The translations under genes and the position numbers were made by a program. The notes under the pieces are model-generated. The model saw only the letters and a list, made by a program, of their open reading frames with translations, had not been told where the DNA came from and did not search any database. DNA of 64,000 nucleotides from Monocercomonoides exilis PA203 (taxonomy: Eukaryota > Protista > Preaxostyla). This document shows positions 48,566-60,387 of the stretch, piece by piece. Within the stretch, counting starts at the first letter, position 1; each line of letters starts with the position of its first letter. The DNA is taken from contig LSRY02000064.1 in the NCBI GenBank assembly GCA_001643675.2, positions 248,001 through 312,000 of the forward strand. The letters are read 5' to 3'.

Positions 48566-48672
48566 GTTTTGTTTCATAAATTTTTTCTGAAATATCAAAT
48601 CAAAACAAAAATATTTCAAACTTTTATATGACCTTTTGAAATAAAAATTTTTTCAAACACATTTTAAGTCAC

Positions 48673-49239
48673 GTTTTTAAAATGACTTTACCCTCAACTG
48701 GCACTTTTTTGTTTTCGATGACAAAATACGGAGAAGTGTGAAACGGCTTTCAGCATTTTAATGAACAATTTTATGAAAGTTGACACAATTTATTACTGGA
48801 CAATTATTTTAATTTTTGCATATTATTTAACGAGATGTCTCATTATTTCTGAAAACTTCCTTTTGTTTAATTTTCAAGTAAAATAAAAATTTCACATTTT
48901 CATCAATTTTCTGTTCCAACAACAAAACTTATCCAAAACACAAATAATAACATTGTTCAGATTTTGTTTCCATTTCAGTGATGTTTTATTTGTGTGAACA
49001 GAAAATTGATGAAAATGTGAAATTTTTATTTTACTTGAAAATTAAACAAAAGGAAGTTTTCAGAAATAATGAGACATCTCGTTAAATAATATGCAAAAAT
49101 TAAAATAATTGTCCAGTAATAAATTGTGTCAACTTTCATAAAATTGTTCATTAAAATGCTGAAAGCCGTTTCACACTTCTCCGTATTTTGTCATCGAAAA
49201 CAAAAAAGTGCCAGTTGATGGAAAAGTCATTTTAAAAAC
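48673..49239. repeat. Near-perfect inverted repeat: 244-bp arms (48673-48916 / 48996-49239), 79-nt spacer
   Basis: Manual reverse-complement alignment shows 2 mismatches in 244 nt. Confidence 0.95.
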
Positions 49240-49332
49240 AATACACGATTAAACAAAAAATGATTCATATTTTTTTTGGAAGTTAAATATTGAATTAATT
49301 CTACGAAGATAATTAAAAAAAAATAAAGTTTG

Positions 49333-49677
49333 CGCAAAAAATACCGGACAAGATCGATGTCACAATTACTGCAAGAGGAATAATTCCGACAATTTTCCTC
49401 AAAATATGTGTCATCAATGCAAACTCACGTGACATCCATGACTATCAGGACAGCCTAATTTGTGCTCAGAATAAGTTATTTTTGATATCTCGGAGAAATA
49501 GGATTTTGATTTTCTCCGAAATTACAAAAATTATTTTTTTAATAATCCGTCGACGTGAAAAATGAAAGTTTTGTGTATCAATTGAGTTTTCATTAATGAG
49601 AATTTTTCTGAGGAAAATTGTCAGAGTTATTCCTCTTGCGGTAATAGAGAAATCAATATTATCCGGTATTTTGTGCG
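49333..49677. repeat. Diverged inverted repeat centred near 49505
   Basis: The outer ~116 nt align ungapped at ~78% identity (ATACCGG...GCAAGAGGAATAA...GACAATTTTCCTCA). An inner TCGGAGAAA/TTTCTCCGA hairpin lies at the same centre. Confidence 0.85.
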
Positions 49678-50382
49678 ACGTCCGGCATTTAATGCGATAT
49701 CTGTAACAGTTTTTTACTGGAATGAAAAAAAAAAAATTTTTTTTTTGAATATGAAAAGAATTGAAATTAGAGAATAGCATTGAATGTGGGTAATTATTGT
49801 AGAAAATATATCATTTCTATCAAACTTTTCATTTTGCAAATTAGTTTCGAAAGTTATGAATGTGCACTGAAAATGAATAAGGCAATAGATAGATAACTTT
49901 TTCATGTATTAATTTTCGACATTGACTTTTTAAACAAAATTAACAAAAATTTTATATTTTTAATAAAAAAAGTTGGCTTGTGATATAGGAGGGTTTTATT
50001 ATCAGCATTCAGAAAAAAGTTTGGTTTTCAAAAATAATTACCAAAACAAATAGATCAAAAAATTGAATTTTTCGTAATAATAACAAATTCTTTGTTCTAT
50101 TAATGCTTTATTTTGTTTCTTGCAAGCATTTGACAAACACAAAAATCAATAAAGAGGTTAACGTCAAGCTGTCATAAAAAAGGAGTCTTGATGAAAGATT
50201 TTTCATTTAAAAATCAATTTCAGAAATTATTATATCAAATTATTATTCATATTTTTTCAGTTAAGTTGTGAAATGGTGAAATGCTTATATACTAATTAAC
50301 CTGTTTATAAACAAAACGTTTAAAATGTAAAAAATATTCATTTTACATAAAAAATAATTTTCAGCTCTATACAATGAATTCT

Positions 50383-52466
50383 TCACGAGTTTGTATTATT
50401 ATTTGAGCTATGCCTTTTGTTTTTCATCTTCTTTGGCAGAGATTTTTCAAAATGTTTTGCATCATGTACATCAGCTTTGTGTGTGGGCCTCACATCTTGC
50501 GTCCCCTTTCTCCCTTCACCTTTGAAGCTTCTTTTATTTCCTTTCCATTTCCTGACCCATTCGCGTTTCGGAGGCTCATCAGTTTCTCTGTAAGGCGCTG
50601 TTATGTACTTCAAAGGCACGTGCCGATTCAACCAATCGTCGTCGCTCTCCAGCACTTGCTGGACAGTCAGATTATAATTGTGAGGATGCACACGACGGTA
50701 TTTGAACCGCGTTTTCAGACCATCGGCAATCTAATAGATAAATATTCACATAATGATAATAATAATAATTAAATAAAATGGTAAAAAAATAAGCAAACTA
50801 TATCTTCATAATCTAATTCTCCTGAATTTTCTTTCAAAAATGCCTTTAATTCCTTTTTTGTGGCTTGTAATTTTTCTTCTTTCGCTTTATTATCAGCGCC
50901 TTCAGTTGCTTTGACTTTACTTAGCATCTCTTCAAATCTTTTCAATCCTGTTATTTTCGCTTTTTCTAGCTCTTCCTGTTCCAACGAAAACGGATGATCG
51001 CTTTTTGATTTCGAATCACTTTTCTTTTGCTTGTGTTTTGACTCTTCTTCGCTAAGCTTCGATTTTGTCTTTGAAGTCGAATCATCGCTTTCTTCGTCAT
51101 CTTCTTGATTTTCGCTATCTCCTTCTCCAAGGATATCTTCGTCCCAATTCTCTATCCCCTTTCCGTCATCGTCTTCTTCGTAATAATCATCATTAAACAT
51201 TTCTTCCATCAGCTTGTCAAACTTCTCTTCATCAAATTCCTCGTCTCCTTCAACAAGATCCCTAAGCTCCTTTCCGTCAAGCACTTTATCTTTCTCTATC
51301 CCTGCAAGCTCTGCAATTTCCGACAGCTTTCTGTTTGTTTCTTCTCTTCGCATTGCTTTCAGCCGCTTCACCTCTTCTTCATGCCGCTTGCGCATTTCCT
51401 CCTCTCTTTCATGCTTTCTCTCCCTTGCTTTCTTTCGCTTGCTCTCCATACGTCTCAGAGAACCCTCTACAGCACCACGTGGAAATGAAACGATTTCCGT
51501 GCCTCCAGGCTCCTCAAATCTAAAGTTGTACTTCTCTTCAAATTCCTCCTGTCGCTCAAGATCTTTTTCATCATCTTCCAGAAAAGCATCTTCTGTTCCC
51601 TCTAAATTTAATCCATTTCCTGTAGCATTACCATCGCTTCCACCTTCTGTTTTTCCAAAATACTGATTATCACCATTCTTTTGAGTTATTCCTTTTCCTT
51701 TTGCATGTATCCATTTCCGATCAAGTGTATATCCAAAAAGCATTTTGTCTTCTTCACTGAGAGGTTGCTTGAAAAGTTCTTCGGTTGTGTATCGTAGTTT
51801 GCGTTTTTTGAGAAGGCGCGCTTCTTCAGATTTTAAAAATTCTCGATAGGACTTTTCCTCTTGAGCTTTCTCTTCTTCATTTTTAACTTTTGGAACAAGA
51901 AAGTCATCATCCTCAGCGCTTTCAACATCATTCACTTTTTTTCCCCCTCCAGCAGCAGCACGAATAAAGTCATGCTTTAGTTTTTCCTGCTCTTCAATTG
52001 GAGTCATGAATGAATCTTTTCCTTCTTCAAGCTCAGAATCATCATCTTCTTCAGCTTCCAGATTATCATCATCAACAAGCTTAGAAATTCTCTCTCCAAG
52101 GTATGCCTTACTGTGAAAATAATCACCAACGGTCATCTTTTTTTCTTTATTTTTATTTTGTGAAGATGTTGATGAAGTATTTTCTTTTTGTGTCTCATTA
52201 AAAAAAGAAGCTTTTGGATCATAAACAGAAGGATCTTTATTTCTAATTCTTTGAATTACATCAAATATTTGTGCGTCTAATGCAGGATCAACATCAGTGC
52301 CTTCATCTTCTTCTTCACTTTCAGAATCACTATCCAAATCAATTCCCATGTCAGCAGCTCGACTAAGTTCTTCCTTTCTTTTTCTTTCTTCGTATTTTTG
52401 TGCGTATTGCTCATTTAGCTTCCATTCAACCCTGGAATTGTCATCTTCATTAAAGAGATCTGTCAT
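50383..52466 (-). CDS. KRI1: KRI1 homolog (40S biogenesis), one intron near 50730-50798
   Basis: NEQYAQKYEERKRKEEL, DPSVYD, FEEKYNFRFEEPG, SLRR, LDYEDI...RFKYRRV and NYNLTVQQVLESDDDWLNRHVPLK. Confidence 0.92.
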
Positions 52467-52624
52467 GACAATTTTTCATTAAAGGGTTAATTTTTTGTGA
52501 AACTTTCTTCATTGTTCATTATAACATATGATAATGTTTTCTAACATGCAGAGGAAATAGATAAATAACCATATTTTTAATATTCTGTTAATCCCTTTTT
52601 TGGATTGGATCCGAAATTTGATCG

Positions 52625-53955
52625 ATGGCATCATCACACGCAACGATTCTTGGCATTGGAAACCCTCTTCTCGATGTGAGCGTTGGTATGCAATATTTAT
52701 TGCTGTAAGATTCAGTGGCAATTAATTATCTGTTTCATTTTTATGAATTTTTAAGAGGTTGATCCTGCAATGCTTGAAAAATATAAGCTGGATGCAAACA
52801 CCCAATACCTTGCATCACCAGAAACTCTTCCATTGTATGCGTAGTTCACTGTTATTGATTTCATTTTTGTTTAAAATATTTAGGTTCAAGGAATTGGAGA
52901 CAAATCCAAAGTGCAAAAAGATCCCAGGAGGCTCTTCGCAAAATGCTATTCGTGCTGCACAATGGCTCAGCAAAACTCCAAAATTTGCTGCATTTGTTGG
53001 ATGTGTTGGCGATGACGAATTTGGAAAAAATCAACGTGATATTCTTGTTTCTGAAGGTGTTGATTGCAAGTATGAAGTCATTGAAACACAACCCACAGGA
53101 ACTTGCGCTGCATTGATTACGGGCAAAAACAGATGTTTGATTGCAAATATCGGTGCTGCTGGCTTTTTCCACACCGCTCATATGTTGAAGCCGGAAATTG
53201 CCGAAGTTGTCGAAAAAGCAAAAATCACTTATTGCGAAACATTCTTTGTAACTGTTTCAATGGAAGCGTTACTGATGGTTGGTCACAACGCATTGGTTCA
53301 TGCTGATGAAGGAAAATTATTTGCAATGAATCTTAGTGCGAAGTGGGTGATTGATGGACATTTGAAATGCCTTTTGGAGCTTATTCCGTATTCCGGATGC
53401 GTGTTCGGAAATGAAGATGAAGCCCGATGCTTTGCAGCGGGGATGGGTTGGGACGAAAAGGAAGATATCATCACCATCGCAACTAACATTGCCATGTTGC
53501 CAAAATTAGCTCCTCAACAAAAGCGTTGCGTTGTGATTACCCAAGGATCAGATCCCGTGGTGATGGCAGTTGCTGAGTGGGGAGTTGGAGAGAAAGAAGG
53601 AGAAAAAGCTCCTCTTCTTCCAGTTGGTGGAGGAGACCACAGAGGAAAAGTTCAGCCACCTGCATTGCCCTCTTCTTCAGCAAAATCATCATCAGAGACA
53701 CAATGCTCAGAATCTCAATATTATCCAGAACGCCATGCACGTGTTACAGTGTCCACATTCCCCGTTCAACAGATTCCAAAAGAACAATTGGGAGATACAA
53801 ATGGATGTGGAGATTCATTCGTTGGAGCGTTCTTGACAGCTTTGTCCAAAGGCAAGAACTTTGAGGAATGCGTTCATGTTGCCAACAAAGTTGCTCAAGT
53901 TGTTGCTCGCGCAGACGGATGCGTGTTCCCACCAACATGCGAAATTGAAGTGTAA
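52625..53955 (+). CDS. ADK: Adenosine kinase (PfkB family), 2 introns
   Basis: GIGNPLLD, PGGSSQNAIR, GCVGDDEFG, TGTCAALIT, FGNEDEA, VITQGSDP and DTNGCGDSFVGAFL. Confidence 0.93.
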
Positions 53956-54238
53956 GTTATTTTTCACTCAGTGAGCAACGATGCTTGTGTTCATTACATC
54001 AAACCGTTTATTTATGATTTATTTATAAACGTCATTTATCATTTTGTTATGTTTTTCTTTTTTCAAAATAGTTTTTCATATCTTTTGCTCATGAAAATGC
54101 AAATAATAACATAAAGAGCACAAATAAAATTATTTTTAAAATAACATTTATTTAAAAAGTTAAAGCATGAACACTAAAGAAATAATTAAGTATTTCACTC
54201 AATTGTTTTTCTATTTGATCAAAAATGAAATAAAAAAA

Positions 54239-56468
54239 ATGAATAATCAAAAAAGTCGATGGGACGACGATGAAGATGATAATATTGAAAGTTTTAACAA
54301 TAAGAAAATAATAGAAACAGATGCACACCCGATAAAACGAAAAAGAGAAGATGACTCAAAATCCTCAGTACGAGTTAATCCTGAAAAACCTCTTCCACCT
54401 TGTCGCTCTGTGAATTTGTTTGAAAAAATTGGTAAAATCAGTGAAGGAACTTTTGGAATTGTTTATAAAGCAATGAATAAAGAAACAAAGGAAATAGTGG
54501 CCTTGAAAAGATTGAAATTTGGAGAAGATCCAACAGGTTCAATTTTTCTTTGATAACTTAAAATTCAAGTAACATTCTTTTTTATAATTGTTATTTTTCA
54601 TATGGATTTTCTTTTTGTTGTGTTACTGTGATGATTAACTTTATTTATAAGGAATTTCAATCGTTTTATTAAGAGAAGTCAAATTTTTAATGCAGACAAA
54701 CCATCCACATATTCTACATGTATCTGAGGTTGTTAGAGGTTTGAATATTAGTACGTTTTACAGTGCTAAACGTGATGTTTGTTTTAGGAACTCATTTTGG
54801 AGATTTTTTCCTTGTGATGGAATATGTTGATTTTGATCTTTATGATTTTTTAAAGACTACATCAACAAAAATTCCCTTGATACTTGCAGAAATTAAATGT
54901 GTATTGAAGCAGCTGCTAGAAGGAATCGAATATCTCCATCGTCATCACATCATCCATCGAGATTTGAAAACTGGCAATCTTCTTTTGACAAAGCAAGGAT
55001 CATTAAAAATCGGAGATTTTGGATCAGCAAGAGAAGTTAAAAGAGTTGAAGAATCTAAGCAAACAAAAAGCATAAATGCTGGCAAGGATTCATCTCATTT
55101 GAGCACAGACAAGCGAAATTCTTTATCTTCATTCAGTTCCCACAAAGAAAGGATCGACAATAAATCATTTAGCTCGCAAACTTTTTCATCTCAATCATCA
55201 ATTCCATCAAATTTAGCTATTTCCTCATCGTCATCGTCATCCTCTTCCTCTTCGTCTCATTCAGCTACCCCATCCGTGACATCTCAGCCCACACCTCCCA
55301 GTGCATCCTCTCTTATTGCATCGTCTCGCGCAACAACACAGCAGCTGACACGTGGAGTGACCACTCCAACATACCGCGCACCAGAGGTGTTTCTGGGATC
55401 AAGCACATACACAGGCGCTGTAGACATGTGGGGAGTTGGATGCATTTTCGCAGAGCTTGTGGATGGAAATGTGCTCTTTATGGGCAGGTCAGAACATGAA
55501 GTGCTCAACAGGATATTTCAGGTGGTGGGTGTGCCAAATGAAAGGAACTGGCCTGGCTGGGAGTCGCTTCCAGATGCAAAGAAGATCAGTGTGAAAGGTT
55601 TGCGCTAAAAGTTACTGCTTATAAAAAGAGGATATTATGAAATTTGAAGAAAATTTGAGTTTAGTCTTTTTTTCATTAGATTATTTATGTTCTATTTATA
55701 TTTTGATTATTTTCAATATGTTTGTAATTAAACGATTATTTATCTTTATTTTCCCCTCATCTTTATGTTCATTCTTATCAAACATTAGCTACAAAATCCC
55801 GCTCCCAGCTTGAAACAGGAGAGCTACGCCTTCATTTTTCGCGTCTGACGCAGAACGGATTCAATCTGCTTGCGTCTCTTCTGTCGCTCGACCCGTCTCT
55901 ACGCCCGACTGCAGCAGAAGCGCTGCGCCACCCGTTTTTTGAGGAGGAGCCGCGGCCGCTGCCGACGCTGCAGATGATGAAAGGGAGGTTTGAGCAATTT
56001 GCGCAGAGGAACGAACGAAAAGTGGAGAAGATAGGAATGGCAGATGAAGAGGAAGGAGGGGGTGGAGGAGATGGTGAAGGCGATGAAAATGAAAGAGAAA
56101 GGATACTTGCGAGATATGAAGCGAAAGGATCTTCTAGTTGTGTGCCAATTGTGAGTGACCAGAGGAAGCGAATAATTCAGATGGAATTGAATGAGGATCG
56201 ATATGCAGCAGGGATGGACGAAGAAGATGAGTCTGATTCTGAGCTGCATCGTGCAAGAGAGAGCGAGGAATTATTGAAAGCTTATATGAATTCTGTTGTG
56301 GGAGACAGGCCATCAAAGGCAGAGAAAGATCAAGCTAAACGTGAGTCATTCATTGATAGCTTGGGAAAAACACAAAAGGAAGACAACATTAAAAGCAGGT
56401 TTCAAGAAGCAAAAGCGTCTTCGGCTGCTGTTCATTCAACAATTCCACATTCAAAATGGGATGAATGA
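54239..56468 (+). CDS. Cyclin-dependent kinase, CDK11/CDK10-like, 3 introns
   Basis: CRSVNLFEKIGKISEGTFGIVYKA...IVALKRLK, cyclin helix GISIVLLREV, HRDLKTGNLL, DFG, YRAPE and DMWGVGCIFAEL. Confidence 0.88.
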
Positions 56469-57036
56469 ATATGTTTGCAGTTTCTTAGAGTTAAAACAGC
56501 TAAATATTGTATCAATCCTAAAGATAAAATAATGCTGAAGTTCGAAAAAATTGTTTAGAAATTCCAAAAGTGCGCATCTTAACTCCAATGTGATGGACAG
56601 ATTCTTTGTTGTTTGTTGCGAAAAAAACAAAATAATACAAAAACTGCTTATAATGAAACTTTTTAACTGACTTTTTAACTGTGCCATTTGTTTGGTTTAA
56701 CTCATTTTTGAATGCATTTGTATAATCACAAATTTGCAATTCAAACTTCTTTCGTCAATTGTTCGCAATCTATCATTTCATGAAATGACTTTTTATTAAA
56801 GCCTGAAATTCGTAAAAATTTGAGTTGAAGTTAGATTTAAACTTTTAATTTGTTCTTTTTCTGTTTTTTGAATAAAGCAAAGTTACAGATGAGACGAAAG
56901 CTTTCTGTTATTCACATTCAAATTTGAGTTTTTGTTTCTTTATTTATTTTAGATTTTGTGAAAAATTCGTTCAAAAAATTAAATAAATAATAATAATTAT
57001 GGATAAAACAAAAATTTATGTGCTAAATATTAAGTA

Positions 57037-57944
57037 ATGAGCATACCTCGCGGAACAGCATTAAAATTATATCAATCTACAATAGATGGAGATTATCTTA
57101 CAGTTGCACATTTAATTAAATTTTTGTCTAGAATTCCAAGAAACAGATCCGAATTTCTTTTTTTATCTACAATACGATTGCTTGGAAGGAACTTTCCACA
57201 ACGACTTAATAATCTTTTAAGATTCATACAGACTATTCTTGCTGATGAAGAGAGAGCACGAGTTCGAGGTGCACTTGCTTTGCTTCACATTAGATGTCTC
57301 GTTGAATCTGGCGATATTCGTCAAGCATCACCTCTTATGGTTCAATATTTTTCAAAAACATTGCTGCATTTATCTGCTACAGCAACATTTTTTGATAGCA
57401 TATTGTCACTTATGGAAAGGGAAGGTTTTCAAATTTGAATATTTTTATTTATTACAAATATTTTTTCTATAAAGCAAATTATACATCTTTTAGCGATGTG
57501 ACAACAAAACTTAATCGAACTCTAGATTGCTGCAGAGAACAGACAAAACAACTTTCAATCTTAGCACTTCATGGATTGTACTTAAGCTATGACACATACT
57601 CTCAATTATCTCAATTCAATAAAAGCATGGTTACATATTTGCATCATCAATATAATCTATTAATTGGACGCAATCCTCATAATGCGATTGGGTATCAAAT
57701 GATCGTGCCTTTTACAAAGCTTGTTTCAGGAAAAAAACAATTTGTAAATGAAGAAAAGTCTTATCCCTTATATGTCACATTATATGATCTGTTGCACATA
57801 TCAACAGAAAACAATGCCCAACGAATTGTAGAAGAAATGATAGAAATATCAAGAGCAGCGGTGCAAGCACGAGCTGCTGAAAGTGGTTCACAGCGAATGA
57901 ATATCGCTCCAATGATGAGCGCAGACGATGGAGAAGGCGAGAAA

Positions 57945-57979
<35 letters not shown>

Positions 57980-59800
57980 AGAAGAAAGCGACAGCGAAAA
58001 CTTTAACGATCAATCGTCCGAAGATTCTGAGAGCAGAAATCCCGAAAAAGACAAAGAACGAGAGACACAACATGGCACATCAGAAAATAGCAATCAATCG
58101 CGAAAGTCCAAAAGAAGAACACAAACTGAAGTGAGCAACCGAAAAAACAACGAAAAGAATACTGCCGAATCGTTACGAACAACACGCAGAGGGAGCAAAG
58201 GCGCAACTTCAAAGCGCAAGAAGCAGAATCTGCCATTGCTGTATAACTGGCTGAAGGAGAGCAGAGCTGAGCTGAAGCCGGAAGAAATGGCAGCTCTTTG
58301 TGGAAGATGGATTGTTGCCGATCCATTTGCGGAGTATCCGTTGCTTATGCTTCATCAGTGTGTGAATTATTTATTATAACATGCAATTAATTGTGGGTTT
58401 TTTTATTAATAATCTATCTTCAATTTATTTTTGCAATTATTAATCTTTCGTTTCAAATACCCGATTTCTATTTTTCATCTTTTGCAATAATTTTCAGTTT
58501 GTGGCACATGAACGAAGGCGGAGTAACAGTTCTTGACATTCTCAATGCGCTTCTGCTTCGTTTTTCTCAGCCAGAAACCGTTTTGGCTTCATCTGCTGCT
58601 TCATTCACAACAGAACTCCGAACATCAGAACCCCCCTCGCTGCTCAATCTGACGCGAAGCATCAGGGTCGGAAGAGTTAGAAACAGCAGCAGTTCTGAAG
58701 CATCTGCTAAAGGAGAATTTGAAGACATTAGTTCCGATGATGATGAAGAAGGTTCCGGAGAAACTTTGGAAGATCCTGCATTTTCTCCGTGGGTGATTTG
58801 TGCAGAAGCATTCATAAGGTTTTTCCTTCTGCTTTCACAAAGAGCACCAAATTCAGAGTCTGCCATGGGTGCTGAAGAGGAAACAACACAAAGTGCTGCA
58901 TCTTCCTCTTCTGCTTCCTCTTCCTCTTCCTCTTCCTCTTCTCAAAATGATTCTCTCCCAGAAATAATTGACTTAGAAAACACAGTTCCTTCCCCGCCAA
59001 CTGCCATGAGAACTCGCCAGTCGCAACTGCAGCCACCCGTCTCAGCTGAGCCTGAGTCTTTGTTCCCTCGTCTGCCCGAGCGGCACGTGGATGAGCTGAT
59101 CACACGAGAGACGATGGGCGAGTGGCTGCAGATGCTCCCGTTTCAGACATCGCACTGGGGAGTGTCGTTTTTCCGCATGTCGTATCCTTCGTTCGAGAAG
59201 TGGCTGCAGAACGAGGCAGAAACGGTGGGGCTGTTCGAGGCGTGCGGGAAAGCGGTTGTGTGTTCATTGCTGTATCCTGAGGAAGAGGTGGATGGAGCGA
59301 ATAGCAGGGAAGGGGCTGAAGCAGGAATTGAGGGAGGAAGGGAAGGAAAACAAAAGAAGGAAAAGAAGGAAAAGGAGAAAAAGAGAGAAAGCCAAAGGAA
59401 AGGACACAAAACTAACTCTGACAAAGAAGCACAAGAAGATCTCAATGAAGAAAGTTCTTCAAAGAACAGTAAAGAAACACGTAATGAATTCAGAAACGAA
59501 GAAGGCAGTAAGTCTTCATTGGGCGCATCTTATCTGCCAGCGACGTATCCTGGAGCGATGCGCAAGGCTCTAAATGAAGGATGGTGGGGGATGCTATTAG
59601 CAGAGGAAATGATTGGTAGCAGTTCTGAAATTATGAAAGCAGAAACGAGAGTGAAAAAGATGAAAAACGAGCAAATGAATGAGAAGGAAAAGAAAAAAAT
59701 GAGAAAGTTGAAACGCGCATTGAACGATACAAAACAGCAGATTTTTGCTGCTGCCCAAAAGGAAGTTGAGAAAGTCTACAAACTCTTTTCTCTAACCTGA
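57037..59800 (+). CDS. Hypothetical helical protein with acidic/Ser-rich insertions, 3 exons
   Basis: Three consecutive long ORFs separated by short AT-rich introns (e.g. GTTTTC...TAAAG near 57425-57474). No family was confidently recognised. Confidence 0.7.
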
Positions 59801-60387
59801 ATATATTTTGTGTTTGCTTTGATATTTCAAATTACATGAATGCGTTTATCAGCATAATGGTTGGTGCAAGTTCAGAGCAATGGCAAGCGAATTGACGAGT
59901 GTTCGAATGAGATCAATTCGTTTACTATGGATTGCATCTGGACAGCCATCAGTGCTTTGCAAGAAAGCTCGATTTCTTGTGAATTTTTATGACTTCTGTT
60001 TGATTTTATATCTGAATGCTTTCACATTCAACAATATTTTTCTTAATCGAATTTGAGAAAAACATGTTCACATAAAACATTCTTTTGAGAATGTTTTGAT
60101 AAAATAATTGAGAAATGAATAAATAATAACGTTTTTTTTATTATTGGTACAAATTCAAATAACAAAAAGGCAAATCAACTTTTTTTTCAAACAAAATTGA
60201 AGTGAAACTAACAATTACAGTTTGCTTAGAATAAATAACACTGAAAAAATGTCTTAAAATGCAAAATGAAAGACAAAAGTGATCATTTATCTGCGAATTT
60301 GTGTACAATCATTGCTCCGATCTTCCATTTTTCAAATATCACAATATAAACATCTGACACATCCACTTTTCATTCTCTTCGCTCCTC

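Noticed and set aside
49466-49780. 104-aa ORF overlapping the second palindrome
   Set aside because: Arm differences show no codon-position bias and the ORF has no credible start; it is better explained as non-coding symmetry.
36110-50770. Short (AAAG)n, (TAAA)n and (TAA)n tracts
   Set aside because: Ordinary intronic microsatellites.
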